Of a stretch of 64,000 nt of DNA, positions 38,937 to 50,228 are shown piece by piece. The DNA is from an uncultured Fibrobacter sp. Lineage in GTDB: Bacteria; Fibrobacterota; Fibrobacteria; Fibrobacterales; Fibrobacteraceae. The DNA lies in assembly GCA_946408125.1 (NCBI GenBank), contig CAMJQW010000005.1, positions 2,697 through 66,696 of the forward strand, in the 5' to 3' direction. How positions within the stretch are numbered: the first letter of the stretch is position 1; each line of letters begins with the position of its first letter. A program made the position numbers and the translations under genes. Below the pieces are notes generated by a model. It was not told the DNA's origin and did not search any database. It saw nothing but the letters and a program-made list of their open reading frames with translations.

Positions 38937-40884
38937 CGACATCACACTCGGTTACCTGATTCTTCTGTTCCCGCTGTTCACATTCGTCGTGAACGGGCTC
39001 TTCCTCGGAAACCGGAACGCGAAAGCCGCGGCGGCCCTCGCCGTGACCTGCAACGGGCTTGCCGCCGCGAGCGCCATCATAGTTGCCATCCACTATTTCG
39101 CATCCGATTTCGCCCCGCAAAAAGCGGTCCTCTTTGAATACGTGTTCATCCCGTTTGCAAGCACGCTCGTCGCTAAGATTGGGATGCTCATCGACCCGCT
39201 TTCCGTGATGATGCTTGTCGTCGTTACGTTCATCAGCTTCATGGTGAACATCTACAGTATCGGCTACATGCGCGAAGACCGCTCCGCCGGAAGGTTCTTC
39301 AGCCTGCTTTCGCTGTTCAGCTTCAGCATGCTCGGACTCGTTGTCGCGACAAACCTTTTCCAGATGTTCATCTTCTGGGAACTGGTGGGCGTATCAAGCT
39401 ACCTGCTCATCGGATTCTGGTACCACAAGCCCAGTGCGGTAAGCGCCTCGAAGCAAGCGTTCATTCTCACCCGCTTCGCCGACAGTTTCTTCCTTTTCGG
39501 CATCGTCCTCGTGAGCTATGTGGTCGGGAGTTTCGACTTTTCCACAATCAACGCGCTCACGCTTTCGGCATTCAAGGCCTCTACCATCAATCTCGGGCTC
39601 TGCACCGTCAGCAGCGCCGACGCGCTCATTCTCGGTTCCGTGATGATATTCACCGGCGGATGGGGCAAGTCGGCCATGTTCCCGATGCATATCTGGCTTC
39701 CGAACGCCATGGAAGGTCCGACACCCGTTTCCTCTATCATTCATAGCGCTACGATGGTCGTCGCGGGCGTCTACCTCGTCGCACGACTCTTCCCGTTCTT
39801 CACTATCTGCGGAAACACGCTCACGCTCATTATGTGGGTGGGCGCCTTCACGATGGTCTTTGCCGCCGTGATTGCCTGCACGCAGAAAGACATCAAGAGG
39901 ATTCTCGCCTACTCGACTCTCTCGCAGCTCGGATACATGATGTTCGCGCTCGGCGCCTGCAAGATTCATATGGTCATTGCCGTGACCGGTTGGACCGCAT
40001 CCACGTTCCACATCTTTACGCATGCCTTCTTCAAGTGCAGCCTGTTCCTCATTGCGGGAAGCCTCATCCACCAGGTCCATACGAACGACCTCGATGCGAT
40101 GGGCGGGCTCCGCAAGAAGATGCCCATCACGTATGTTTGCACGCTGATTTCCGTCCTCGCCATTTCGGGAATCCCACCTTTCTCCGGATTCTTCTCCAAG
40201 GACGAGATCCTCCTCGCCGCATTCCAGGGACATCATTACGTCGTGTTCGCCCTCGCCCTCCTTACGAGTGGCCTCACGACCTTCTACATGTTCAGGCTGT
40301 TCTTCCTCGCCTTCCACGGGAAGCCGCGCCACGAAGGCGTCCGTGCGGGCCATGTTCACGAAGATTTCGCCATGACGCTCCCGATTGCGATTCTGGCAGC
40401 GCCAGCCTTGTTGAGCGGTATCCTCTGCAAGGGACTTTTCGCGAAGTTCTTCGTGCCCGGCAGGCTCCGCGTGCCTCATCTGCTGCGGCTCGCCGAAGCG
40501 GAGTGGATTCCCTTCGCCGCAGTAGGCGTCGCCATCGTGGCCCTCGTTCTCGCATGGCTGTTCTACGCAAGCCCGAAGGCCAAAATCCAGCGGGCCCTCG
40601 ACGAGAGCAACCGCTGCGGGCTCTACAAGGTGGTTTACCACAAGTTCTATTTTGACGAGATGTACTACGCCGTCGTGCGGCAATTCATCTTCGGCGGCAT
40701 CGCCCGCGTCGCGCGCGCCTTCAACGATTACGTCATAGAAGGTCTGCTCGCGTTTTCTGTTTGGTTCATCCACAAGCTGGGAGACCTCGTCCGCACCGCA
40801 CAGGCGGGCTATCTCCCGTTCTACCTCGGGACGCTGATTGTCGGCGTACTCCTCTGGCGATTCTTCGGCCAGCTTCCCCTGTAA
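38929..40884 (+). CDS. nuoL: NADH-quinone oxidoreductase subunit L
   Basis: WELVGVSSYLLIGFW, GKSAMFP-x-HIWLP-x-AMEGPTPVS, AYSTLSQLGYM and HAFFK. Confidence 0.95.
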   Translation: MISDITLGYLILLFPLFTFVVNGLFLGNRNAKAAAALAVTCNGLAAASAIIVAIHYFASDFAPQKAVLFEYVFIPFASTLVAKIGMLIDPLSVMMLVVVTFISFMVNIYSIGYMREDRSAGRFFSLLSLFSFSMLGLVVATNLFQMFIFWELVGVSSYLLIGFWYHKPSAVSASKQAFILTRFADSFFLFGIVLVSYVVGSFDFSTINALTLSAFKASTINLGLCTVSSADALILGSVMIFTGGWGKSAMFPMHIWLPNAMEGPTPVSSIIHSATMVVAGVYLVARLFPFFTICGNTLTLIMWVGAFTMVFAAVIACTQKDIKRILAYSTLSQLGYMMFALGACKIHMVIAVTGWTASTFHIFTHAFFKCSLFLIAGSLIHQVHTNDLDAMGGLRKKMPITYVCTLISVLAISGIPPFSGFFSKDEILLAAFQGHHYVVFALALLTSGLTTFYMFRLFFLAFHGKPRHEGVRAGHVHEDFAMTLPIAILAAPALLSGILCKGLFAKFFVPGRLRVPHLLRLAEAEWIPFAAVGVAIVALVLAWLFYASPKAKIQRALDESNRCGLYKVVYHKFYFDEMYYAVVRQFIFGGIARVARAFNDYVIEGLLAFSVWFIHKLGDLVRTAQAGYLPFYLGTLIVGVLLWRFFGQLPL

Positions 40885-40894
40885 CGCGAGGTTT

Positions 40895-42439
40895 ATGGAT
40901 ATGGATACACTGCTTTTCAACGCAATCTGGATTATCCCGCTCCTGACCGTACTTGTGTGCGCCCCCATTCCGGCCGTACATGCGAAGGTCATCAAGTGGA
41001 TCCACGCAGTCTCTACGACATTCGTGCTATTTGCCGTCTGCTACCTCACCTACCGCGTCTATGCCCTGCAGGGTTCCCCGGTCGATGAATATGCCGCTCC
41101 GCTCCTGCTCCGTTTCTTTACCGATATTCCCTGGCTCACAATGTTCAACGCCCACTACATCGTGGGTGCCGACGGCCTCAACATGCTCCTGCTCGCGCTC
41201 ACCGCATTCATCGTGTGGGGTGGCGTACTCGTAAGCTGGAACATCAAGGGAAACCAGAAAGTATTCTTCGCCCTCATCCAGATTCTCGCGACGAGCGTGT
41301 ACGGCGTGTACATGAGCTTCGATCTCGTACTCTTCTTCGTGTTCTACGAGATGGAAGCTCTCTGCATGTACCTGATGATTGCCTGCTACGGTTCGGGACG
41401 AAGGGACTACGGCGGCAAGAAACTCACCTTGACGCTCGCCTTCGGTTCCTCGATGATTCTTGCCACGCTCTTCGGGCTCTATTTCGAGGGCGGCGTGCAT
41501 AGCTGGAGTATTCTGGAACTTTCCAAGGTGACCATTCCCGTTGATTTCCAGATGTGGGCCTTCCCGCTCATGTTCATGGGATTCGCCGTCTCGAGTTCGC
41601 TGTTCCCGTTCCACTTCTGGAGCCCTGACGGCCACTCCGCGGCACCGACCGCCGTGTCGATGCTTGCCGCCGGCGTGATGATGAAGATGGGCGCCTACGG
41701 GTGCCTCCGCGTCGCGATGTTCCTGATGCCCGAAGCGGCCAAGTTCTGGCTCCCCTACGTGGTGGCCCTCCTGATCTTCAACGTGGTACTCGGCCCCTTC
41801 ATCGCGATTCGCCATAAGGACCTCAAGTACATCACCGCCTACAGTTCCATCAGCCACCTCGGTCTCATCTTCCTGGGCCTTGCGGCACTCACTCCGGTGG
41901 GCCTGCGCGGCGCCAGCCTGCAGATGATTTCGCACGGATTCCTGACCGGACTCTTCTTCGCGACCATCGGCATGATCTACGAACGCACGCACACCCGATA
42001 CATCAATGAGATGGGCGGCATTATGCGCAAGATGCCCTTCGTAGGCGTAGGATTCGTCCTTGCGGGATTTGCCGGGCTCGGCCTTCCGGGATTCAGCGGG
42101 TTCATCGCCGAGAGCACCATCTTTATCGGTGCGTTCCAGCAAAACAGCACCATCACCCGCATCGTGACGATTCTCGCAATCCTTTCCATCACGACGACCG
42201 CGATTTACATCCTGCAGACGGCAAACCGCATGCTCCACGGAGAGAAGCCCGCCAAGTTCGCGACCCTCACCGACGTATGCCTGCGAGAGAAGTTGGTCAT
42301 TGTCGTCCTCGTTGCGTGCCTCTTGTTCATCGGCGTCTGCCCCGGATGGATTTCCGATTTGCTGGACCAGAGCATAGCGCCGATATTTGAAAAGATTTCT
42401 GCAGCCACTGAGCCCGTTATCGGCGGGATTGGAGGTTAA
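40895..42439 (+). CDS. nuoM: NADH-quinone oxidoreductase subunit M
   Basis: FPFHFW-x-PD-x-H-x-x-APT, MK-x-G-x-YG, AYSSISH and GLPG-x-SGFIAE. Start placed at ATG 40895 after GAGG. Confidence 0.93.
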   Translation: MDMDTLLFNAIWIIPLLTVLVCAPIPAVHAKVIKWIHAVSTTFVLFAVCYLTYRVYALQGSPVDEYAAPLLLRFFTDIPWLTMFNAHYIVGADGLNMLLLALTAFIVWGGVLVSWNIKGNQKVFFALIQILATSVYGVYMSFDLVLFFVFYEMEALCMYLMIACYGSGRRDYGGKKLTLTLAFGSSMILATLFGLYFEGGVHSWSILELSKVTIPVDFQMWAFPLMFMGFAVSSSLFPFHFWSPDGHSAAPTAVSMLAAGVMMKMGAYGCLRVAMFLMPEAAKFWLPYVVALLIFNVVLGPFIAIRHKDLKYITAYSSISHLGLIFLGLAALTPVGLRGASLQMISHGFLTGLFFATIGMIYERTHTRYINEMGGIMRKMPFVGVGFVLAGFAGLGLPGFSGFIAESTIFIGAFQQNSTITRIVTILAILSITTTAIYILQTANRMLHGEKPAKFATLTDVCLREKLVIVVLVACLLFIGVCPGWISDLLDQSIAPIFEKISAATEPVIGGIGG

Positions 42440-42441
42440 AC

Positions 42442-43881
42442 ATGTTAGACTTCATCTTCCCAAATTACATCGTTCCCGACCTGCTCCTGCTGCTATTCCC
42501 GTTTATCGTCATCGGGGCTCGTTTGTTCTGCACCGCGCAATCCAAGCTTCCGTGGCGCATCGCGAATGTCGGGTTCATCGCGATTTTTGTCTTGCTTAAC
42601 TTCATCCCGCTTGCAAACGGTGCGGGCAAGTTCTTTATCAGCAATTGGAAAGTGGACGATTTCGGCATCCTGATGCGCGAAGTCCTCATCATTTCGGCCA
42701 TTCTCGGCATGTGGCTCTCGAAGGACTACTTCGACCATAGCGGCGAGAAGGAACAAATGCACCAGATTGCCGAGTTTATCGGCGCCATCGCGTTTGCGAC
42801 CTTCGGAGGGTTTGCCGTCGTTTCCGCATGCGACCTGCTCACGTTCTTCCTCGGGCTTGAAATCGCGACCATCCCGATGTATGCGCTCACCGCATGGAAC
42901 AAGAAGGACCAATTGGGTTCGGAAGCCGCAACCAAGTACATCCTGATGGGCTCTGTCGCAACGGCATTCGAGCTGTTCGGTTTCAGCTACCTCTACGGCT
43001 TTGCGGGTTCGCTCCACTTCAGCGAAATCCAGGCGGCCGTCAGCTCCGGCACATCCCCGCTCCTGTGGGTCGCGGTGCTGTTCCTCTTCTGCGGAATCGG
43101 ATTCAAGCTCACGCTGTTCCCCTTCCACACCTGGGCTCCGGATGTGTACGAAGGCGCGCCTACCCCCGTGACCGCGGTCATCTCCGTCACCTCCAAGGCA
43201 ACCGCCATCGCCTTCCTTGTCGTGCTCGTTTACGGTCCGTTCGCCCCGATTCAGGAACAGATTGCCCCGCTCATCGCGCTCCTCGCCGGCACGACGCTTT
43301 TCGTCGGCAACCTCGGCGCACTCAAGCAGAGCAGACTCCGCCGGTTCATGGCCTATAGTTCCATCGCACAGGCGGGCTACATCATGGTGGCCCTCCTCGG
43401 GCCCGCATCCATCGCCAAGACTGCCATCATCTACTACCTGTTCATTTACGCGGTTTCCAACTACCTCGCATTCTTCGTGTTCGGCATCATCGGGCACTAC
43501 CGCGAAGAAACCTTCGCTTCGTTGCGCGGACTTTCCAAGCAGAACCTCGGGCTCGCCATTGCGCTTGCCGTCTCGATGTTCAGCCTCGCGGGCATTCCGC
43601 CCCTTGCAGGGTTCTTCGGCAAGTTCCACCTGTTCTTCAGCAGCGCCTCGACCGGGCATTACGCCATCGTCACGTTCGCCGTGCTGAACAACGTGCTCGC
43701 CCTGTTCTATTATATCCAGCTCATCAAGAGTGCCTGGGTGGACGAACCGGAGGGAACGCTCTCGCCGCTCCGCCTTACCAAGCGGCAGCGCAACGTGGTG
43801 ATTCTGCTGACCATCGCCATCATCGCCCTCGGAATCCTGCCGTTCCTGAGCAACAACGTATTTTCGGGATTCAGCCTCTAA
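42442..43881 (+). CDS. nuoN: NADH-quinone oxidoreductase subunit N
   Basis: EAATKY, FK-x-x-x-FPFH-x-WAPDVYEGAP, AYSSIAQAGY and SLAGIPPLAGF. Confidence 0.95.
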   Translation: MLDFIFPNYIVPDLLLLLFPFIVIGARLFCTAQSKLPWRIANVGFIAIFVLLNFIPLANGAGKFFISNWKVDDFGILMREVLIISAILGMWLSKDYFDHSGEKEQMHQIAEFIGAIAFATFGGFAVVSACDLLTFFLGLEIATIPMYALTAWNKKDQLGSEAATKYILMGSVATAFELFGFSYLYGFAGSLHFSEIQAAVSSGTSPLLWVAVLFLFCGIGFKLTLFPFHTWAPDVYEGAPTPVTAVISVTSKATAIAFLVVLVYGPFAPIQEQIAPLIALLAGTTLFVGNLGALKQSRLRRFMAYSSIAQAGYIMVALLGPASIAKTAIIYYLFIYAVSNYLAFFVFGIIGHYREETFASLRGLSKQNLGLAIALAVSMFSLAGIPPLAGFFGKFHLFFSSASTGHYAIVTFAVLNNVLALFYYIQLIKSAWVDEPEGTLSPLRLTKRQRNVVILLTIAIIALGILPFLSNNVFSGFSL

Positions 43882-44216
43882 AGGATTTTCTCGATTTTCT
43901 CGTTCCAATGGTCCGTGCGTTCACGGGCCTTTTCTTTTCCGCTTTCACACACGCATAACCAACAAACTTCGTTTACGACCGTGTAATCGGAGCCGCCATT
44001 GAACACGTTCTCGTTCCCGTATTCTTCGCGGTCCATCCATACGTACACTTCACAGCCGTACTTGTCCGAAGTTATCCGGCAGAACTCCGCCAAAGCCTCC
44101 TCGGAAGCTTCGGTAACAGCGTACACGCCGATGGCCGCAAGGATTTCCCCCTGCGATACCGCGCGTTTTCCTTCGCGTGAGATGATCCGCCCTGCGATAG
44201 AGATTTCACAATCCAT
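43878..44216 (-). CDS. Hypothetical protein
   Basis: Starts 2 nt after the stop of the FISUMP gene and converges on nuoN. No family recognised. Confidence 0.6.
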   Translation of the reverse strand: MDCEISIAGRIISREGKRAVSQGEILAAIGVYAVTEASEEALAEFCRITSDKYGCEVYVWMDREEYGNENVFNGGSDYTVVNEVCWLCVCESGKEKARERTDHWNEKIEKIL

Positions 44217-44218
44217 GA

Positions 44219-45622
44219 CTAATCCTTCACGCAGCGAATCGATATCGCATACATGTACTTTTCATTGATGCCCGCATGCGTCCCGAAAGACATTCCTTCG
44301 TCGTACATCGTGAACATCCAGGCGTATTCTTCGGCATAGTCAAGGGACCAGAAAAAGGCCACTTCGCCCTGCCTGTCAAATTCGTTGGAATCGAACAGGT
44401 AGTAACCCGCCGGCAAGAGGGATAATCCGTAAGTGTCGATACCGTAATTCCAGAGGTATGCGCTTCGAAGCGTAGGGGGTCCATAAGTCAGCTTGTCGTC
44501 CGGCCCTACAACGGCAATCGTGGGCGTTCCCTGATCCGCTACGTCATCGAGAAAATGGAGCTCGGATGACGACGGCAAATGCCACCCGTCCATGCAAAGG
44601 CCCTGGATATGGGTCAAATCACGGCAATCCGTCCCGTTGCCGCATTCCCGCGGGTTTTCGGGGTCGTTCGCCAGGGAGACCGAGTCGATGGCCGCACCCC
44701 ACGTATAGAGCCTGCCATATTTTACACAGCTGTCCGGTTCGTTGTTGTAGCACCAGCTCTTCCCGAGCAGGCTCGGGGTCAAATCGCTATCCGCATAGTT
44801 CAGGTTTTCCGCCATCCAGACAAGGGAATCGATGGCTATCGTCTTATACACCTGTCCGTCGCGTTCATCCACGACCTCGCCATAAGAGAGAGCCGGGTTC
44901 AGGTAGCGCCAAGGATACTTGCCGTTGAGGCGCCCATTACCCATCTCGCTGAGGGTGAGTCCCAGGGCATCCGCACAACGGCTCTTCAGTTCCGTAGCCG
45001 TGCTGTCCATAAACTCTTCCGCCGTTTTGTTCGGCATGATTTCCTGGGTACAGACCAAATGGAGTTCATTGCAAGCAAGCCCGAGCTGGTCCACGACCGA
45101 TCCCTTTGCATCTTCACAGCGTTCCACGAAGGAAAGGGAATCGGTCTTGCAATCAGCAGCTGGATTTTCCATTTCATAGGTCTTGTCAAGTCGGTCCACG
45201 ACGATAGCCATCATGGAATCGCGCTGCAAAAGCTGCGTAAAGAGTTCCCTGGCCGAATCGAGGTTCACCACAAGGCGGACGCCATTTTCATCTTCATAGA
45301 CATTCACGGTGCAGACGGCAGAATCTTCCCCCATTTCCGTATAGCTAAAGTAGGGTTCCGGAGCAGACAGGAAGACGACATCGTACCAGGAAACCGACGG
45401 ATCCGCTTCCAGCACGACCTTTTCCGAATCGACAGGCTGGGCCGGCTCCCAGGTCTTCAGGAGCTTGAGGTAAGCGACGGTATCCCTGATAATCTGGGCG
45501 TTTTCCTCTTCCGTATAGCCGAGCGCCACCTCCTTGTCGCCCCCGGAACAGGCCGAAATGACAGACAAAAAGGTAAGGAAAGGCGATAGCCACAGAAGAA
45601 TGACGAGAAGAAACTTGCGCAT
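44219..45622 (-). CDS. FISUMP-domain lipoprotein
   Basis: ISAC lipobox; DERDGQVYKT, WMAENLNY, SWCY, YGRLYTW, QGLCMDGWHLP and IRCVKD. Confidence 0.88.
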   Translation of the reverse strand: MRKFLLVILLWLSPFLTFLSVISACSGGDKEVALGYTEEENAQIIRDTVAYLKLLKTWEPAQPVDSEKVVLEADPSVSWYDVVFLSAPEPYFSYTEMGEDSAVCTVNVYEDENGVRLVVNLDSARELFTQLLQRDSMMAIVVDRLDKTYEMENPAADCKTDSLSFVERCEDAKGSVVDQLGLACNELHLVCTQEIMPNKTAEEFMDSTATELKSRCADALGLTLSEMGNGRLNGKYPWRYLNPALSYGEVVDERDGQVYKTIAIDSLVWMAENLNYADSDLTPSLLGKSWCYNNEPDSCVKYGRLYTWGAAIDSVSLANDPENPRECGNGTDCRDLTHIQGLCMDGWHLPSSSELHFLDDVADQGTPTIAVVGPDDKLTYGPPTLRSAYLWNYGIDTYGLSLLPAGYYLFDSNEFDRQGEVAFFWSLDYAEEYAWMFTMYDEGMSFGTHAGINEKYMYAISIRCVKD

Positions 45623-45817
45623 ACGGAATCAAATATAAAAAAACGGATATACTGCACAAATTATCACTCTTTGTCGCTTTTTTTTGTTATATTTGAGGCA
45701 AAGGGCGGACCGGGGCCGCGAGTCCGGGCGTAGCCCACAAATCGTCCCGCGAAATTTCCTAAAATTGGCGAAAATAAGCACTTTTTGGTTTTGCAAAAGC
45801 AAGTGAATAGGTAAGAA

Positions 45818-47668
45818 ATGGCTGTAAAGTACGACAAGGACAGCATCAAGACTCTAGATTGGTACGAACACATTAGGCTCCGCCCCGGTATGTACATCGG
45901 CAAGCTGGGCGACGGACAGAGCCCCGACGACGGCATCTACGTGCTCGCGAAGGAAGTTATCGACAACTCCATCGACGAGTTCGCCATGGGCGCGGGCAAG
46001 AAGATTGAAATCGACATGGAAGACCACAGCTGCCGCGTGCGCGACTACGGCCGCGGCATCCCTCTCGAGAAGGTCATCGACTGCGTGTCGAAGATGAATA
46101 CGGGAGGCAAGTACGACTCCGAAGCCTTCCAGAAGTCGGTGGGCATGAACGGCGTGGGTACCAAGGCGGTGAATGCCCTTTCGACCAAGTTTATCGTACA
46201 AAGTTTCCGTGACGGCAAGGTCAAACGCGCCGAGTTCAGCAAGGGCATTTTGGTAAAGGATTTCAAGATTGCCCCGACAACCGAGAAAAACGGCACCGAA
46301 ATCTACTTCGAGCCCGATAACGACCTGTTCAAGAACTTCCGGTTCCTCCCCGCCTACATGGAAGAGAAGATCTGGAACTACGCCTACCTGAACAACGGGC
46401 TCACGCTCGTGATGAACGGCAAGGATTACAATAGCCCGAACGGGCTCCTGGACCTGCTCCACAGCCGCACCGACGACACCATCCGCTACCCGGTCATCCA
46501 TTGCAAGGGCAAGGACATCGAATTCGCCATCACGCACTCGAACCAGGAAGGCGAACACTACTTCAGCTTTGTGAACGGCCAGCACACCACCCAGGGCGGT
46601 ACCCACCAGGCGGCATTCCGCGAGGGCTTGGTGAAGGGCGTGCGCGACCACTTCAAGAAGGAATACGACGCTTCCGACGTGCGCAACTGCATCGTGGGAG
46701 CAATTTCCGTACGCATCCAGGAACCGGTTTTCGAATCCCAGACCAAGACCAAGCTGGGTTCCACCACCACGGCCCCGAACGGCCCTGCGCTCCGTACCTG
46801 GATTGTGGATTTTGTGGCCCGCGAGCTCGATAACTACCTCCATAAGAACGAGGACACGGCCAAGAAGCTCCTGGAACGCATCAACCAGAACGAAAAGCTC
46901 CGCAAGGAACTGGCCGGCGTCAAGAAGTTGGCCAACGAGCGCGCCAAGAAGGCGAACCTCAACAACAAGAAGCTCCGCGACTGCAGCGTGCACCTCACCG
47001 ATGCGAAGAATCCGCTCAAGAGCGAGACGATGATTTTCATTACCGAGGGTAATTCCGCCTCCGGTACCATCACGACGGCACGCAACCCCAAGACGCAAGC
47101 GGTATTTAGTTTGCGCGGTAAGCCGAAGAACAGCTACGGCCTTTCCAAGAAGATCGTGTACGAGAACGAGGAATGGAACCTGCTCCAGGCCGCCCTCAAC
47201 ATCGAAAACGGCCTCGAGGACCTGCGCTACGACAAGGTGATTATCGCGACCGATGCTGACGTGGACGGTATGCATATCCGCCTGTTGGTGATGACGTTCT
47301 TCTTGCAGTTCTTCCCGGAACTCGTGCAGGAAAAGCACCTCTACATCCTGCAAGCGCCGCTTTTCCGCGTCCGCAACCGCAAGGACAAGAAGAAAACCTT
47401 CTACTGCTACGACGAAGAGGAACGCGACAAGGCCGCGAAGGAAATCAACAAGAAGGACCTGGAAATCACCCGATTCAAAGGCTTGGGCGAGATGGATTCC
47501 GAGGACTTCAAGCTGCTCATCGGCGAAAACATGCACCTGGAGACCGTCACCATGCCGAACGACGCTTCTCTCGGCAAGCTGCTGGAATACTATATGGGCA
47601 AGAACACGCAATCCCGCCAGGACTACATCGTAGAAAACCTGCGCACCGAAGCTGTGGAAGAACTTTAA
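45818..47668 (+). CDS. parE: DNA topoisomerase IV subunit B
   Basis: [31 protein letters not shown]-x-SA, LRGKP, TDADVDG-x-HI and RFKGLGE; compact length typical of this ParE type. Confidence 0.88.
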   Translation: MAVKYDKDSIKTLDWYEHIRLRPGMYIGKLGDGQSPDDGIYVLAKEVIDNSIDEFAMGAGKKIEIDMEDHSCRVRDYGRGIPLEKVIDCVSKMNTGGKYDSEAFQKSVGMNGVGTKAVNALSTKFIVQSFRDGKVKRAEFSKGILVKDFKIAPTTEKNGTEIYFEPDNDLFKNFRFLPAYMEEKIWNYAYLNNGLTLVMNGKDYNSPNGLLDLLHSRTDDTIRYPVIHCKGKDIEFAITHSNQEGEHYFSFVNGQHTTQGGTHQAAFREGLVKGVRDHFKKEYDASDVRNCIVGAISVRIQEPVFESQTKTKLGSTTTAPNGPALRTWIVDFVARELDNYLHKNEDTAKKLLERINQNEKLRKELAGVKKLANERAKKANLNNKKLRDCSVHLTDAKNPLKSETMIFITEGNSASGTITTARNPKTQAVFSLRGKPKNSYGLSKKIVYENEEWNLLQAALNIENGLEDLRYDKVIIATDADVDGMHIRLLVMTFFLQFFPELVQEKHLYILQAPLFRVRNRKDKKKTFYCYDEEERDKAAKEINKKDLEITRFKGLGEMDSEDFKLLIGENMHLETVTMPNDASLGKLLEYYMGKNTQSRQDYIVENLRTEAVEEL

Positions 47669-47689
47669 TAGGCGCGACAAGGCTAGATC

Positions 47690-50227
47690 ATGGACGAAGA
47701 ACAGAAAACATTAGGACTTTCGAACGTAAACCACCTGGAAAAGCTGTACAACGGCTGGTTCCTGGACTACGCGAGCTATACGATTCTCGACCGCGCCGTG
47801 CCCTACTTCGAGGACGGACTCAAGCCGGTGCAGCGCCGCATTCTGCATACCATGTACGAGATGCACGACGGCAGCTTCCACAAGGTGGCGGGCATCGTGG
47901 GCGACACCATGCACTACCACCCGCACGGCGACGCCTCCATCTACACGGCGCTCGTGAACATGGGCCAGAAGAACCTGCTTATCGAACCGCAGGGTAACTG
48001 GGGTAACCCGCTTACGGGCGACGAGGCGGCCGCCCCGCGTTACATCGAAGGCAAGCTCAGCGACTTCGCGCTCGACGTGATGTTCAATCCCGAGACGACC
48101 GACTGGATTCCGAATTACGACGGCCGTTCCAAGGAACCGGTGACGCTCCCCGCAAAGTTCCCGATTCTCTTGGCCCAGGGCGTGGACGGCATCGCGGTGG
48201 GCCTATCCACCACCATCCTCCCCCACAATTTCAAGGAACTGTGCCAGGCGAGCATCGACTACCTGCGTGGCCGCAAGTTCACGCTGTACCCGGACTTCTA
48301 CACGGGCGGCATCATCGACGTTAGCGAATACAACGACGGCGAACGCGGCGGACGCCTCAAGGTCCGTGCGAAAATCGAGAAGTTGGACAACAAGACGCTC
48401 GTCATCCGCGAAATTCCCTTCGGCACCACCACGGATAGCCTTATCGACTCCATCGTGGCGGCCAACGACAAGGGCAAAATCAAGATTAAGCAGATTGTGG
48501 ACCACACCACCGAAAACGTGGAAATCCAGATCCACCTGCAGGCAGGTTCCGACCCGCAAGTCGTGATGGACGCGCTCTATGCGTTTACCGACTGCCAGAC
48601 GACTTTGGCCGCGAACAGCTGCGTGATTATCGACAAAAAGCCGCGTTTCAGCAACACGACCGAACTTTTGAAGCTCAGCACCGACCACACGGTTCACCTG
48701 CTCGACTGGGAACTCGACAACGAGCTCAAGCACCTGCAGGACCAGTGGCACATGACGAGCCTCGAGAAGATCTTCATCGAGAAGGAAGTCTACGAGGTCA
48801 TCAAGAAGGCCAAGACTCACGACGAGATGGTCCAGCTGATTGACGAAGGCTTGAAGCCCTATGTGCGCAAGCTCCGCCGCGAAGTGACCCGCGAAGAAAT
48901 CCTCAAGCTCGCCGAAATCCCGGTGCGCCGCATCAGCCGTTTTGACCGCAAGAAGGCCGACGAATTCCTGGAAGAACTCGACAAGAAGATCGAGGAAGTG
49001 AACTACAACAAGGAACACCTCACCGACTACGCCGTGAACTACTTCAAGAACATCCTCAAGAAGTACGGCGAAGGTCGTGACCGCAAGACGGAAATCGCGG
49101 AATTCGGCCAGGTGAGCGCCGTGCATGTGGCTCTCGCGAACCAGAAACTCTACGTGAACCGCAAGGAAGGCTTCCTCGGCACGGGCATGAAGAAGGAAGA
49201 ATACCTCTTCGACGTCTCCGAATACGATGACCTCATCGTGTTCAAGGCCGACGGCAGTTTCAAGGTCGTCAAAGTCTCCGACAAGGACTTCGTGGGCAAG
49301 AATATTGTGCTCGTGGAGAAATTCAACAAGGACGACGAACGCCACATCTACAACGTCATTCATCAGGACGGCAAGGAAGGCACGGCCTACATCAAGCGCT
49401 TCAACGTGGGCGGCGTGACCCGCGACAAGGACTACTTCATGGGCAAGAACAAGCCCGGTAGCCGCCTGCTTTACCTCTCCAGCAACATGAACGGCGAGGC
49501 CGAAGTCGTGGAAGTGACGCTCAAGCCGCGCCCGCGCACCAAGCTCAACTTCGAGGTGGATTTCAGCACCATCGAGGTGAAGGGCCGCGGCGCCATGGGC
49601 AACATCGTCACCAAGTACCCGGTCAAGAGCGTCAAGCGCATCCGCAAGGGCGTAAGTACCCTCGGGGCGCGCGTGCTCTACTTCGATGCCCCCAGCGGCC
49701 TCATCAGCACGCAGAAGAAGGGCGACCGCATCGGCGAATTCGGCGAGAAGGACAAGATCCTTATCGTGAAGGAGAACGGTACGGCCCGCGTGCACGACAT
49801 GGCAGACCCGATTCTCGTGGGTTCGGGCATCAAGTACATCCACAAGTTCGACCCTGCGCAGGTCTTTACCATCCTCTACTTCGAGGGCGGCAACTACAAC
49901 TACATGGTAAAGCGCTTCAACCTGGAAGGCTGTCCCATGACGACGGAGTTCAGCCTGGTTTCCGACCACAAGGATACACAGATGATCGAGTTCTTCGCGA
50001 CAGACGATGCCCGACAGCTGATGGAATACCAGGTGGGCCGCGAAGTCCAGAAGGAAGAACTCGACCTGACCGAAGTCGCCGACATCAAGAGCTACAAGGC
50101 GCTCGGCAGCAAGTTCACCGCCAAGAAGGTAAAGCGCACGAGCCGCATTACCCCGCCGGATAGCTTCGATGACGGTTCAGACACCGAAGACTCCAGCGAC
50201 GAAGTGGACGACCCGAAGCTGTTCTAA
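47690..50227 (+). CDS. parC: DNA topoisomerase IV subunit A
   Basis: DGLKPVQRRIL, YHPHGD, AAAPRY (catalytic Tyr) and GIAVG; follows parE. Confidence 0.88.
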   Translation: MDEEQKTLGLSNVNHLEKLYNGWFLDYASYTILDRAVPYFEDGLKPVQRRILHTMYEMHDGSFHKVAGIVGDTMHYHPHGDASIYTALVNMGQKNLLIEPQGNWGNPLTGDEAAAPRYIEGKLSDFALDVMFNPETTDWIPNYDGRSKEPVTLPAKFPILLAQGVDGIAVGLSTTILPHNFKELCQASIDYLRGRKFTLYPDFYTGGIIDVSEYNDGERGGRLKVRAKIEKLDNKTLVIREIPFGTTTDSLIDSIVAANDKGKIKIKQIVDHTTENVEIQIHLQAGSDPQVVMDALYAFTDCQTTLAANSCVIIDKKPRFSNTTELLKLSTDHTVHLLDWELDNELKHLQDQWHMTSLEKIFIEKEVYEVIKKAKTHDEMVQLIDEGLKPYVRKLRREVTREEILKLAEIPVRRISRFDRKKADEFLEELDKKIEEVNYNKEHLTDYAVNYFKNILKKYGEGRDRKTEIAEFGQVSAVHVALANQKLYVNRKEGFLGTGMKKEEYLFDVSEYDDLIVFKADGSFKVVKVSDKDFVGKNIVLVEKFNKDDERHIYNVIHQDGKEGTAYIKRFNVGGVTRDKDYFMGKNKPGSRLLYLSSNMNGEAEVVEVTLKPRPRTKLNFEVDFSTIEVKGRGAMGNIVTKYPVKSVKRIRKGVSTLGARVLYFDAPSGLISTQKKGDRIGEFGEKDKILIVKENGTARVHDMADPILVGSGIKYIHKFDPAQVFTILYFEGGNYNYMVKRFNLEGCPMTTEFSLVSDHKDTQMIEFFATDDARQLMEYQVGREVQKEELDLTEVADIKSYKALGSKFTAKKVKRTSRITPPDSFDDGSDTEDSSDEVDDPKLF

Positions 50228-50228
50228 G

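Noticed and set aside
45703-45736. GC-rich segment in the parE leader as a possible structured RNA
   Set aside because: Pairing is short and imperfect, and no known RNA family is recognisable.
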